Below, in pieces: positions 13,076-27,200 of a stretch of DNA of 64,000 bases. The notes under the pieces are model-generated. The model did not search any database, was not told the DNA's origin, and was given only the letters and a program-made list of their open reading frames with translations. The DNA comes from Paraspadella gotoi. Taxonomy: Eukaryota; Animalia; Chaetognatha. The stretch lies in NCBI GenBank assembly GCA_051294375.1, contig CM119268.1, positions 22,444,959-22,508,958 on the forward strand, in the 5' to 3' direction. The stretch's first letter is position 1; each line of letters starts with the position of its first letter. A program made the position numbers and the translations under genes.

Positions 13076-16000
13076 TTCTCTCTGTCGTTGACTCTCTCTC
13101 TCCCCTCACCAATCCCCCCCAAAGACACGCCACCGCCGGCGCCTTCCTCCTCCTCCCTCCTCCCTCCACGCCCTCTCACGTCGTGACGCTCGTCTCCGGC
13201 GGGCGTGGACGCGTCACCTCCCGCGGCCGTGAGACGGTGACGGTGGAAGCCACCGGGCGAGCGACTGGGGAAGCGGAGGCTGAGATGGAGAAGGACTGGC
13301 GACGATTGGGACGAAGGGGAACCGATGAGATACGAAGTGGAAGATAAGAGATGAGGAGGAGGGGAGGTAAATGAGGGAGGAAGGGAGGTGAGGGATGGAT
13401 GGATGGAGGGAGGATGGAGGGAGGAATGTAGGAGGAAGGGAGGGAGGGATGGAGGATGGATGGATGGAGGGATGGATGAGGGAGGGATTGGATGGATTGG
13501 ATGGATGGATGTAGGGAGGGAGGGGACGGATGGACGATGGATGGATGGATGTAGGGAGGGAGGGACGGATGGATGGATGGATGGAGGATGGATGGATGGA
13601 TGGATGGATGGATGGATGGATGGATGGATGGTGGATGGAGGGAGGGATGTAAGGAGAAAGGGAGGGAGGGATGTAGGGAGGGATGGATGGATGGATGGAT
13701 GGATGGATGTAGGGAGGATGGATGGATGGATGGATGGAGGGAGGGATGTAAGGAGGAAGGGAAGGAGGGATGTAGGAGGGATGGATGGAATGGCATGGAT
13801 GGATGGATGGAGGGAGCGATGGATGGATGGATGGATGGAGGGAGGATGTAAGGAGGAAGGGGGGAGGGATGTAGGGAGGATGGATGGATCGGATGGATGG
13901 ATGGATAGGGGGAGGGATGTAAGGAGGAAGGGAGGAGGGATGTAGGGATGGATGGAATGGATGTAGGGAGGGATGGATGGATGGATGGATGGAGGAGGAT
14001 GTAAGGAGGAAGGAGGGAGGGATGTAGGGAGGATGGATGGATGGATGGATGGAGGGAGGGATGTAAGGAGGAAGGGAGGGAGGGATGTAGGGATGGATGG
14101 ATGGATGTAGGGAGGGATGGATGGATGGATGGATGGAGGGAGGGATGTAAGGAGGAAGGGAGGGAGGGATGTAGGGAGGGATGATGGATGGATGGATGGA
14201 TGGATGGAGGGAGGGATGTAGGAGGAAGGGAGGGAGGGATGTCAGGGATGGATGATGGATGTAGGGAGGTAGGGACGGATGGATGGATGGAGATGGATGG
14301 ATGGATGATAGGGAGGGATGGAAGTGGATGGATGTAGGAGGGAGGGAACGGATGGATGGAGGGATGGATGGATGGATGTCTGAGAGGATGGATGGATGGA
14401 TGGATGTCGGGAGGGATGGATGGATGGATGGATGGATGTAGGGAGGGATGGAAGGATGGATGGATGGATGGAGAGATGGATGGATGGATGATGGATGGAT
14501 GTAGGGAGGGAGAGACGGATGATGGATGGATGGATGATGGATGGATGGATTGAGGACTAGGGTAAAGTATTTAGGAATGAATAAAATGAAGGAAAGAGTA
14601 ATAAAAAAATGTATGGATAGTAGAATGAATGAATTGAAGGAATGAATGAATGAACGAATTAACATATAAAGGAACTACTACTGAATGAATGAATGCATAA
14701 ATAGATAAAAGAATTGATGAATACAAAAATAAATATAGATAAACGAATCTAGCATTGAATCAATTAATGGAAACATTCCAGGACTCGAGTCGTGACGAAG
14801 ACGCCCTCGCCAGTCGGCGGCTTCGAACGCCTCGTCGTCCGCCTCAAAGACTCCAACAACAACGACGAAGGCGTCTTCGGTGTCTTCAGCATCGTCGTCG
14901 TCGCCTTGGACGAAGCCGGAAACAGAGGCGAGGCGTCGAATCGCGTGACGGTCGGTTTGGGTCACGTGCCCGACCTAACGGCACGATCGTCAGGTAGATT
15001 GATGGTTGGGCTGGCGAAGCATAGAAATTTTGATTTTGCGTTCCTCCAAGTCTCATTTGCATATTGTAGTATTTCAGATTATTCGAATATTTATTTATTT
15101 CGGTTTGTCCAGATGTTTTATTTTATTTATTTACAAATACTTTAATTGATTCAGTTTCCGAATAATAATTAGATATTCAATTGCAGTATTGCGTAGTATT
15201 GTATTCGCTATAGAGGTAGGGCGGGATAGTAGGAGGATGTCGTTTTCTCAATTGTATGTTCTATTTTTAAATATTCTCAATATTCTTCTCCTCCTCACTA
15301 TTTTCTTCCAGACGAAATACGGAGATGACAACAACAACAACTACGTCGCCGTCATCGTCGTCTGCGTTTGCTGCTCTGCTTCTCCATCTTCCTGTCGACG
15401 CTGGCGCTGCTGGAGCGGCGAGGCGGGCTTGAGTCGTTGAAGAGACGATGTCGCGCTGGTTTGACTGCGGCGGTTGCGGCAGTGGCTGCGCGACACTGCG
15501 GTGCGAAAACCTGCCGCAAATCTTGCCAAAAATGCAGTAAATCTTGTGACAGCTGCCGCGACGGATGCTGCGGCTCTCGGGGTCCGGGTGGACGAGCGGC
15601 TGGAGAGTGGATTGAAGGAAGAGTGGAGAGATTTCTGAAGGCGTTCGAGAGGAGGAAGTGTTGTCAAAGTGTTGTGCTTGTGACGAGGAGGAGGAGGAGG
15701 AGGAGGAGATGACTTTTAAAGGATTTTAAAATATAATCAAGTGTTTATGGAGAAGCGCCAGCATATAAGTGTTTCCTCTGACTTGATATGTATATAATTT
15801 GTAGCATGATTTACTGTTGCTTTATATTTTAATAAAACTTACGATTTAAAAATTTGTTTAAATAATCATATCAAACCTGAAAGTGATCGATTATAGAAGA
15901 AAATAAAGAGTTAAATTTAAAAAGATATTGCCAAAATTTTGTAATGTTTAAATGTTATTTTAAAAGTTGTTATTTTGGTTTTCTTTTAAAGTGCCCATTA

Positions 16001-19000
16001 TCCATTCCTGTCATCTGCAATTAACTGATAGGAAACCAAGAAAACAGATTTGAGAAACAAAAGAACAAAATTTTTTAAGAAAAAACAGGATGGAAATTCT
16101 GTGATCAGAACAAAGAAATATTAAAATCATAAAAAAAAAAAAAGCTAAAAGATGTATTAATATTCGCCAACATCGTTCTTTTTGAGTTTAATTCAACGTT
16201 TTAACAATATTTCGTTTGATTTTTTTCTATTCATGTTGAAATAAATCGGGTGAAATAATCTTCGAAACAAAAGAGAAAATTTTAAAAAAATGATATTTAA
16301 AATGACGTATGAAAGAGAGAAATAGTGAGTGTGTGTGAGAGAGAGAGAGAGAGGATGATTTGTTCATGATTTCTGTTTTTAGCTCTGAGTGAATTAAATT
16401 TTAAACTCTGACCGTGTCCTTATTACTTCAATATTTTCGCATGTTTATCGAGAATGGTCCAATGGTCTAACGTCCAAAGTTCCAATGTCTCATAATCCCA
16501 ACGATAATGTCGTGATATTCCCTTCATTAGTTCTAATTCATATCCTTTTTCAAGTAATTTCATATTTTTTTACCTTTCGCAGACATTAAAGTTTAGTGAA
16601 TTTACTGTATATCGGGTAGCCTTTGTCTGACATTCGGCTGTAACTATTGTACCTCATCAAGAAACTATCAATCGGGTATATAAATCGGCCTTCAAAAATG
16701 GGTCGAGTCAAACTCTATTTTTGACGACGCCTCGGCAGCCGAAAAAAAAACGTCGCGGCTCCAGAATCTTCGTTCGGCGCAGGGTTCTGCATACGTCTCT
16801 CAAACCGTCCGCCCATTCCTCGTCAGATCATGGCGTGTAAGCTTCACGATTGGCTCGAATCCCACCTCCAGCGGAGACGCGGACGCGGGAATTTGGGCCG
16901 GCATCTTTTACGTCGTACCGGCGTCGTTACCCTCGTGGCCGGAAGAGGGGCGAACCAGACGTGTCTCATCGTCTTTTTTCCCCCGCGCTGACGTTGAACG
17001 TTTGTCATTCCGGGATTTTAAACGTCGCCCACGTCATAGTTTATGCGTTTCGTATGGGAAAAAATAGGGCGAGGGTTGAAAATTGCCACTTTGAAATATG
17101 CGTGCAATTAATTTTAAAAAAACTTACGTCTGGTGAATTTATCAATGACATACTCAAGTAAATACCTATTCTCTCAAATCAGAATCTCTTATTCTAAGCG
17201 AAGACCGTCACCGTTTCCACGGTGGAACGGTTACCATACCTTGGCCGCATATCCCGTCTACTGTCTTCTCTTCTCCGTGTCACTCGTCTTCGCCTTTGTG
17301 GAGAACGGTCCTCCTCTCATCCGGGGGCGTGGTCCTCACCATCTGAGGGCCATCTTATGGAGGCGTCTGGCCGACCGCGGCGCCGTGGGGAAAAGGAGAC
17401 GGCGGAAGGCACCAAGCAGATGAAGGTGCGGCGCTGGGAGAGAATGAGAAAAAATTGTAATTTTTTTTTTCATAACAAGTTTCAAGAAGTTAATATTAAT
17501 TTCTAGTTTATTATCAATATATAGAGTTAATTTTTTTCGGGATTTTGGGTATTATTAATTTTGAAAATCAAATGCAATATTTTTTTGATATTATTGAATT
17601 AAACGGTGTTGATCTCAAGTAACAATAATTTTGTGAGCACGAGGCATTATTGGATTTCAGGAATCAGAGAGCAATAAATTTTAAGGGACACAAAACTTTT
17701 TCTAACTTAACTTTAAACGGTTTATATTTTTTTTCATTTCTAATTTTTTTATCCGCTAGGAATCCTTCAACCACGCCTTCGCCACGGATTTCCGCCAGAG
17801 TTCAACGGCGTCGCTCAAATCGGTCCGCCTCTCGCTCCGCCGGCGTCAACACGCCGCATTTGCATTTTCGTTCCAACTTGCCTCAACCCACACCGCGCGA
17901 ACACATGCGGGCCAGACGAACGGGACGGCCACATCGCCGCGCCCTTTTTCATCATTGGGACGGGCTACCTTCGCCGTCCAATTCCGCCTCCCACTAGCAG
18001 CAACAGGCGAATTCGTTGCTTTTTCTTTGCCTGTCGACCTTTTGCTGCCTGAATCGCCTTTCTGGGAAGGCGGCGGATCTTGCCTTACGCTCTGAGTCAG
18101 GCGGATTTCGAGATGAAGGTGCGCGAACGATTTAATAAATTGTTAATTTTTTTAAACTTTTTATAGCTCTTCAAATAATTTAAAGTTTGTAAAATAATAT
18201 TAATATAATACTACTTGGGTTTAGTTAAAAGTTAAATTTCATGGCTTTGCGTATATTATATAGTCTATTTAGTTCATTGTTTACTCCCTCTTATAAAGTG
18301 GCACCAGTAAAGGAGTGCGTGACAAAAACCGGACCGTTTGGGGCAACAACCGCACGGAATGCAACAGGGTGTCTTTTCCGCCAAATGCCGATCGCTATTT
18401 AACCCCTTCTTGTCTCTCTGCACGCCGTTCGTTTTTGCTCATGGCATTGTTTCCATTTGGGAATTTGAGCATTTGGGGGAGTCGTTATTGGATTCCAATG
18501 GCACTGCCACAAGTGATAGATAATAGAAGCGTTTGAATTTATTAGTATTTTAGTTTATTATAATAGTTTTATTTATTTCTTATTGTATTTTTCTGTAAAT
18601 TTAACTTCTCATTTTTAGGTACTATATATTTGTTGGCCATATGAGATAGCTGTTAGTTTGACCTTTATATTATTATAATCTTTTTCCGTTTTAGGACCAA
18701 ACTTGTATTCGATCTGCAGCAACTGCTGCATCGTTGCAGCTAACTTCGCCCTTTGACATCTGAAGCCTTGCGAGCGATGCTTGATTGCCTGGGGCGGCCG
18801 CCGCTCAACGGCTCATTTACCAGCCGAGATCCAATTCGTGGTCCATGCATCAAGGAATGACCACAACGGCGGATGGCCAAACAGCGCCTTTTGGTCGTTT
18901 TGCTGCCGATGAACGGATAACATTGAATGTGGCAATTTGGAAGGCAGAAGGCGCGGTGAAGCGGTCGTTATCATTGGGAGAAGGACAAGCTGGAATTAAG

Positions 19001-22000
19001 TCTAAAGCCATTGTCACATAAAAGGGACATGTTTGGTTTGCATGCCAGCTTTTTTGAAGTAACTTTAATGGGAAACAATGTCCCATGCTCGTATAATGTA
19101 TATTGCATTGATGTCTGATTTGTAAAGTGCTTATTTTGAGCACCTACTTTGAAAGAATTAGATTAATCAACAGGGTGGCAATACATCTGGAAAGTGTTTT
19201 GAACAATTTCGTCACGATTTACCTAAAATGTGCCTCCGGTTGTAAATTGATTTTACTTAAAACTTTTGAATTTTATGACAAAAATTACAATTTGTTGTTG
19301 AAATAACTTGCTTTTAATATTTTTTGTAGCATTTTTGGTTTTTACTTCAAGAAATTTTTTTTTCTTTCCAGTGTTAAGAATATTCCAAACATTCCCCGGC
19401 GGGGACAGAATGGGCGAAAGTAAATGTATTTTTTCCTCGCCCCCGCGGCCAAAAGGGACTTGGCCATTCTGCAAATCGTCTTCGGCGCCATTTTGCATTG
19501 TCTTCAATCCGCCACTCTCGTTCTCGGTTTGGCCATCGAAGAAAATGTTGTTCAATCTCAGTGGATGAGTCCCGGCGTTTGGGCGGAGTCTTTTACATTC
19601 GTGACCGGATTTTTTGATGCGCGTGGCGGCCGCAGGACGGAAGTCGTGCGCCACGTCGTCGCTTTGACTTAAACGTCGATGTCGTTTGATTTTGAAACAT
19701 TTGCGAATGTCATCATTATCGGTACGAAGCATCGGATTTGGGAACCTTTATCATTCTCCATTGGCATTTTTTATATTAGACTAAATTTTTAAAACGAATA
19801 TAAAAAGTTTTATTATATTTCCCAAAGATTAAGATTTAATTATTGCATTTATTTACTTAATGTAATAGGGAGAGGGATGTTTAGTTCTTCTGGAAATAGA
19901 GGGAGCATCTAACAACAACATGGTTAAAAAATACTTTTTCCTCTTATTTTCTAATAAGGAAAGGAAGTTCATTTATTGAAAAAATCAAATTATCTAAAGG
20001 AACTGAACAGAAAGGGTAGGAGAGGATTTAATGATCTTATAATGGAATTAAAGGTAAATTATAATATATTTATTGTCGCGTCATTTTTCATTCTCTTCCC
20101 GGATTCGCCCTCATGAGCATAGATCGTCACCAACTGTAACGCGTTACGGAATCCAATGAGCGTTGGCAGTTCCCCGTTCTTTGTCCTACTTCTTTTCGCA
20201 GTTTCTTTTATTTCCGCTTTCGTCGAAACTTTGCTCATTTTTTGGGGAATCTTTCTCTGCTTCCCTTTCGATCTACTGGGCAAGACTGGACGAGCATGGC
20301 GGAGGCTTTTACCGATGAAGATTTCCATATTGGTAATTCGGTTTTAATGATTGTACTTTATTAATTAAATTATTGATATCTTAATTCTCCCTCTCTAAGA
20401 ACCCCCAACCCCGCCTGGCCACATTCGCCGTAAGATTCAACGGGGGTCACCCAAATCGCCCACGGGCCTCACCTTCAGGACCGTCAACATCGCCGCCATT
20501 TGCGGGTCTCTCGTCTACGGGGCGTCGGCTACGCTAACGAGCGGGATTGTCGCAGACGAGCGGGATGGCCATCTTTTTCGCGGCCGCCGTTTTACGTCAT
20601 TGGGGCGCGTGACGGCAATAATTCGGCCGCCGCCACTGGAAAAAAAAACGGGGGCAAAATCATCATCTTTCTATGTTTATCGGATCTTTTGTGCTTGCGT
20701 TGATTTCGTTTTTGGAAGGAGGCGGGGCGCTGTTTTGCGATCAGTCGTATACGATTGTGGATATGAAGGTGGGCCATTGTATAGACTATGTAAGTTATCT
20801 CCCGAAATTGGTACAACTAATATAAAAATTATACTTCATTACAGGAACAAACTTATCTGGCCCCTGACTTTGGACAGTAGGTCGGAACAGGTTTTGAAAA
20901 CTAGAAGTTTCTCTCAAATAAATAATAGTTAAGTGACTGTTAGAGAATATGAAATGAAAATAATTTTTAAAAATTTAGTTATTGATAAGCGCTACGGAAG
21001 CATTTAAAAGATTATTATTACTATATAAGTTAAAAATCTTTTTCAATTTTTCAATTTTTTTAATAGATTATCTGACAGAGCTTTAAAAGTTAGATTAAAG
21101 GTTATTATTACAACTTTTTAAATTTTTTGTTTTATTAATGAAAATTTTAAAAAACTATAAAATTTCAAGCCAATTGATGATGATGGATTTTTAAGGTTTT
21201 TTCTATTTTTAAACTAATTTATTGTCAAAATTTTTAAAAAATGTATAGTACTTAACTTTCATTTTAACTTTTCAAGCTCTATAGGAATCCGTTCTTAAAA
21301 ATATTAATTAAAATTTGTCTTTTGTTAATATATTAATAAATATTTAAAAGCTGAGTGCAACAACCCATAGAACAAAAGTTTCATTGAAAATCGATTTAGT
21401 TAGGTTAAAGGAAAAAGAAATGTATATAAAACAATATACGGCTATGCCCATGGTGGTTAGTCTTCATCCTCCGTGTATACTGAGCCTTAGTCTAAATTCT
21501 TCCGCGAAATATTAAGAAAGTTCGATGTAACACAAATGCCGAGGGTTTATTTTCAATATAATCACAATCAGCAAGAAATATGGAGGCAAGTTCAAAATTG
21601 CTCTTTCTTTTGTGAGCCTTAGAAAACTAGAATGGTCACTCAAAACAAAGTTTATCTCTTACCGTTCTTACCACGTATTTTGCATCCCTTAGCCCCACCC
21701 AAGTCCCAGGCCTTGTGCCTATTGGCCCTTTTGCCAACCTCCCCAATCCTCTTCTTCCTTCCAATTGGCCCATGGGCCTCTTTATTGCAGTTTCATAGAT
21801 TTGTTTGGTGAGTCTTTGTTTAATAGTCCTGGTGAGGCGCGGCCTCCGGTTCTTCTGGCTTTGCCTGGTTTTCCCGCCGGAGATGATAGAGAGGGAGAGA
21901 GGAGGGATGTAAGGGGGAAGCGCTGCAGCTGGCTGCTGCATGTCCTCGTGTACGTTTATGCCCCCGCTCCTCTCTCAGTCCTGGCGAAGGACGGCGGGTT

Positions 22001-24200
22001 TATCCCGCCTTGCTGAGTCTTAGTTTGTTCCTGCGATGAAAGCGATCTAATTCGTGTTATTTGGGTCCCCTTCCGGGCGCTCCTCGGATCGCCAGTGCGC
22101 ATCGCATAAGTTTGCCAGCAGCAGGAAGCACGAAGCAGAGTCCGATTTGGTGAGGAGAATGCAGCTTAGCGCGATGAGAGGGGCGATTCGGTGTTGGTAT
22201 CCACCACTTTTGTGAGGCGGGAATCGCCAAAAATGGATTTTGAAAAGCTGAGGCTTTGGTGATCCACGCCGTGATTTCCCCCAACGCTGTTCGTTGAAAT
22301 TCCTGTGGCGTCCCCCGTGTATTTCACGTGCATTGTCCATGAACATGGCGACGTCATCGTTAGAGGGTCGATTTTTGTGGTTCACGTATCTCTTTCATTA
22401 CTGTAAACGAGGTTGATAGGGTCGAGTACTTTCTTAAAAAGGGCGTCCGGTTGCGTCACATTAAACCTTGGACCGATCTCGTAGATTGGTGGCGAGTCGG
22501 CATGGCGGTTTATTCGTTATGACGTGCTTACGACGTGTTTGAAAATCGCGTTGGCGGAATGCTGCTCGACCTTCTGAAGCTATTGGCAGATCTTGCCACA
22601 TTTCTTTTGTTTTTCTCGTTAGGGCGAGTGTTTCTTTTGCAGTCCGCTGTGAATGGAGTATTTTCGCCCCTGAGGACCGCGAATTTTTTCCTGGTCGACG
22701 AACGTTGTGGCGGCCGGCGATCTGTGCGCTTGCAGGCGGCTGCGCGCGCTTTCTTTGGCTCTGGGTGACGCACAATTCGTGCGCGCCAGTGCATCGTGAG
22801 TCGATTTAGTTCCGTTGGTTTCTCGTCGGCCAGTTTTTGACGCTTTCTCTTTTAGCAGCCTGCATGCCGAGTCGTCTCTCTTTAGTCCCGCTGGGGTCGT
22901 CGCTGCGATGTAGAAGTGTGGCGATTGTGGTTTTGCGGGCTAAGGAAATGCATCCTTCTTATTCTCTCGGTTTCGCTGTAATCTTTGAGGACGAAAGAGA
23001 TGTTTGCCTTTCCTCCGCAGACTCTCGTTGCATCGCTGTAGTTGTGCGGGGTTTGCCTTTGCATAAATGGCGGCGCATTTTTCCAGCAATTTTTCCGGCG
23101 AATTTGCTTTGTCGGGATCTTATCATTCGGCGTGGTCTTGTCCTTGCATCCGCCAAGTTTGTCGTCATTACGCTCGACCTCGGTGATGGACTCGATGATG
23201 CCGTCTTGGTCTATGAACACGGCTCCTTCGAAAGCAATTTACCGCTCGACATTTTGGTTCAGTCCCATGCCAGAGGACGCCATCCGGTAAAATGACAGCT
23301 TTGGTTCTCGCTGTGCTGCCATCTTCCAGTTTTTGAAGCGGATTTCGTCTGCGTACTGCTAATTTTGCGTTGATACACCGTTGACGGTTTGAGACTAATT
23401 TGCGCTTGTTTCTCACGACCTCTAGGTGCAGTAGTTAGGGAAACCTCGAAGTCGGACGAAATAGGTTGGGTACTTTCGATTCGCCCGAAACAGTAAAGAG
23501 TGAATCTCGGAACTCGAAAACTTGCTCCGGAAAAAGTAGCACCTACTCTTGAAATTTCGAGCGCTGGAGAATCGAAATTAGGTTTGGGGTATTTTCGATC
23601 GGGCCGAAAAGTTAAGAGTGAATCTCGGAACATCGAAACTGCTCCGAAAGTTAAAAACCGAATCGAAGAAACTCGAAATTTCTGGAGATTAGACCGAAAT
23701 AAACTCGGAGCTCAGACTGAATCGGTTTTTCTGGATTTTGATTCGCCCATGGAAAGTCAGACCGAATCTCTGAGCTCAAAAATTTTTTGAAAAAAGTGGC
23801 TGAGGAACGGAAAACTAAAAAACTCGGGGAGCTCTGGATCGCTCGAAAAGAAAAATCGAAAGCAGATCTAAATTATCAAAATGCAGAAAAAATCTAGACT
23901 TGAAATTTCTTAGGAGACTGAATAAATAGAATTCTAAAAAATTCTAGAAAGAAACGAAATCAAATACAAAAGAACTAATTACAATAATTAAGTAAAATTA
24001 TAATAGTTGATTAAGAATTAAATTGGGGGGGGGTGAGAGATCAGAGAGAGAGGAGGAGAGAAGAGAGAAGAGAGAGAGTCGCCCCGGAATTACCGTGATC
24101 TTGACCTTGAAAAATTTCTCGAAGATAGCAGATAAAAATATAGTTTATAACAAAAGAGAGAGGAGAGGCGACATGAAAATTTAAAAAGAAGATATAAAGG

Positions 24201-24257
<57 letters not shown>

Positions 24258-27200
24258 AAAAAAAGGGAGTCGCGGGAATTTCCGGGGAAATCTTAGTGAC
24301 AACTTGCCCGCCGGATGCGACTGAGAATCTGAGCAACTAACGGAAAAAAAAAGATTAAAACCGACCAATGCAGAAGCGATAAAAAAAAATATTGCATATT
24401 ATTTGTCATATTTTTAACGAGCCTTAGGACCACCGGGCCAGAAAAATGTTGCAGTTCGTTTTGATTCTCTCTTTTTGCTGTTGTTACGCTTCTAAAAAAA
24501 TTAAAAAAATTAAAATTCTCTCACTCGTTTCTCTCTCTCTCCTCTCTCTTCTCTTTCTCTCTTGTTCGTCTCTCTCTCTCTCCTCTCTCTCTTTGTTCCT
24601 CTCTCTCTCTCTCTCTCTCTCCCTCTTCGTTCGTTGTCTCTCTCTCTTTTGATGGCGACCTATGACGCTGTTTCGGGCGAGCCCTTCGGTTGTGGGGCCA
24701 AAGCCCACGCCCAAAGGCAGTGTGGAAACTGCCACGCCCTGGAGGTTTACGACGGTAAGAATTGTTGAAAAAGGCAAAAAAAAAAAAAAAAGAAAAAGAA
24801 TATTTCCAATTAGATTAATTATTCTGACTTTAATTTTTAGATTGTCTAAGGGAATACCTCGGGTTGATCCGATCCGCCCGAGTTGACCCGCCTTCTTCAG
24901 CGTCGGTGTCGACGTCATCGTCTCGTTCGCTTTTTCATCGGCTCATCGATCCCACCCCTCCGGATGCTGGTGGTCGCCCTCGAATGGATCGCGTCGTCGG
25001 GCTCTTTATTCTAAGTGCCTTTTTTTCTGCCTCTTTTTGCTGACGTTTACTATTTACTTAGTTATGATTTGGTTACAGAATTCTAGTTTTAAAATATTAC
25101 ATGATTTAAATGATACTTGTTGAAATTTATTTTGTTTCAGGTCAGCCTGTTATTCGTCGAGTTGGCGCCGTCTGGTGGGGTGAGAGGGAGGCCTCCCGCC
25201 CAGCCTCGTCTTCCATTTTCGGCAACGCATGGCGGCCGGACCGCCTTGCCTCTCTTCAGTCGGCGGCGTCTCATTGGGGTGCGGTGGTAGCCGCGGCGCC
25301 AGTGGCAGTGGCGCCAGCTGCCGGCGGCGAAAAAATGGCAGCTCCTGCAGAGCAGAGGGAGCGTGTGCTTCGCGGCAGCGGCGCCTGCACCGATTCCGCC
25401 GCCTCGACGTCGTCGCGATTCCGACGGCGGTGATTGTCGGTGAGAGGAAAAGAATAATGAAAAACACAAAGATACATTAATTCAATTAAATAAGTAAAAA
25501 TGTTATCTTTTCAGATTATTTCGATTGCTGTCTGAGGACCCGAGAGACGTCGGTTCGGACGACGTCGAGTTGGGTCGTCTTCGGAGAAGAGATCGATTCT
25601 TCCTGGGCTCCAGCGTCGTCGCCAGCCCGCTCCTGTACCCATTCGGCGCCTGCTGTCCATTCGGCTGCCTTCCCCTTCGACCCTCGCCGCCCGCCGCCGT
25701 TCGACGCGTCAGCGCATGCCCCGATCGCTTTGGTTAGTTGGGTAGGGTTTTAGGTTTAGTGTATGGGATAAGGAGGGAAGCGATCGGGGTTTTAAGATCT
25801 AGGTCTATTTCTTTTTTATTTTGGTAAAAAAGTGGGTGTTTTGTAAAACATTAGGTTTAAGTTTTAAAAGAGGCTTTTTTAAGATGGGTTAAGACTTAAA
25901 TTCGTTAATCTAGGACTTAAGGGGTTGTTAATGGTAGGCTTCTTTTTTTTTTAACGTTTTTAAACGTTTCTTTATTTTATTGCTGTGATTTCCAGAGAAC
26001 TGTTTAGACAGATTTTATTTCAGTTCTATTTTTATGTGCTGTGATTCCTGTCAAAAGTATTATCTTTTACACGTGAGGATTGGTATACTTTGGTAGATTA
26101 ATTTTTAAAAGCTATTTATTAAAACTCTTTGAGTTTTATTTTTTTTGTTAAAGATTCCTTTTTTAGTCGTTATCAGTTTGTAACTGATGTTTACTATCTC
26201 GGTTGTTATTTACATTACTGTTTATAATGTTATAACATTTCGCTCTTTCAAGATTTTACTATTCTCGTATTGCTGTGATCAATAGTTTTGAATTAAGAAC
26301 AAAATTAAACTGCACACTTATTATAATTTCTTATTAGAGAGAAATATATGAAACCGATTTAGGTGAGCCTCATTTAAGTTTAAAAAGCACGGAAGTGCTA
26401 CTTTATTTTGATATTTTTAAATATTCAAGTCGGAGGATTAGAAGTGAATACATCAAAGTTAGACAAATTAGTAAAATTGTTATTTTCACTGACTGGCTTT
26501 TTTTTTTTTTTGGTATCTTTGAAAAGGATTTTTAAAAATAACTATTTAATTACCCTAAACTGTCATTAAAACCAACCCAACCTTAGTCGGTGAGAGTGAA
26601 AATTAACCTGACAGAGTTAATTGAAGCTATTAAGGTGGGGCGGGAAACTTTCAAGAATCAGAAAAAATAAAAATTTTGTTGACTTATTTGAAAATAAAAA
26701 TTTAAGACTCATTCATTGTTTAGTACATTTTCTAAATTTTCTGGGTAAAGACTCTCTTCTTCAGGAAAGTCGTCATCTATCGCAGGCCTTCGCAGCCTTT
26801 GCAGATGTCGAAGCTGTCCACGCTGCCGCTTGCCGGCGGTCTCCGACCATTGCTCGTTTCCTCGATTGCCTTGCTCTCATACGTTCCAACGGGGTCCTGC
26901 ACGGGCTCCCGAGTGATGGCCGATCGCGGTGGTGATCGTCTGGCTGATTGTTAAAAAGAAAAATGTACTCAAATTATTACTCAAATATGGTTGTATTTGT
27001 TCTTTCTAAAAATAAAAAGAAATTTACATACCAGACCTCGCTCACGGTGCTCATGCGTCCATTTTGTTCCTTTCCCAAAAATTTGAGGATTGAAAGGCCT
27101 CGAACTCGTTGATGAGGGCTGCTTTACGCGCGTAGAGTCCTCGAGAAAAATTAATTTTAGAAATGTAATATATAACCTTCTCTCTCTCTCTTTCAATATT

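Larger units (their letters stand above)
4937..21471. repeat. Giant inverted duplication (arms ~4937-12985 and ~13158-21471, ~170 bp spacer), probably a fold-back/assembly artefact
   Basis: The right arm is the reverse complement of the left arm across exons and introns. Differences are almost all 1-bp indels. Confidence 0.95.

Noticed and set aside
11624-14665. Long ORFs of MDGW / HPSI repeats (up to 483 aa)
   Set aside because: These are stop-free translations of the (GGAT)n microsatellite inside a CLCA intron.
21890-21915. Plus-strand PPT followed by TGTAAG as an LTR start
   Set aside because: No pol or integrase lies upstream on the plus strand, and the same word is common in local GGAT/GGAG repeats.
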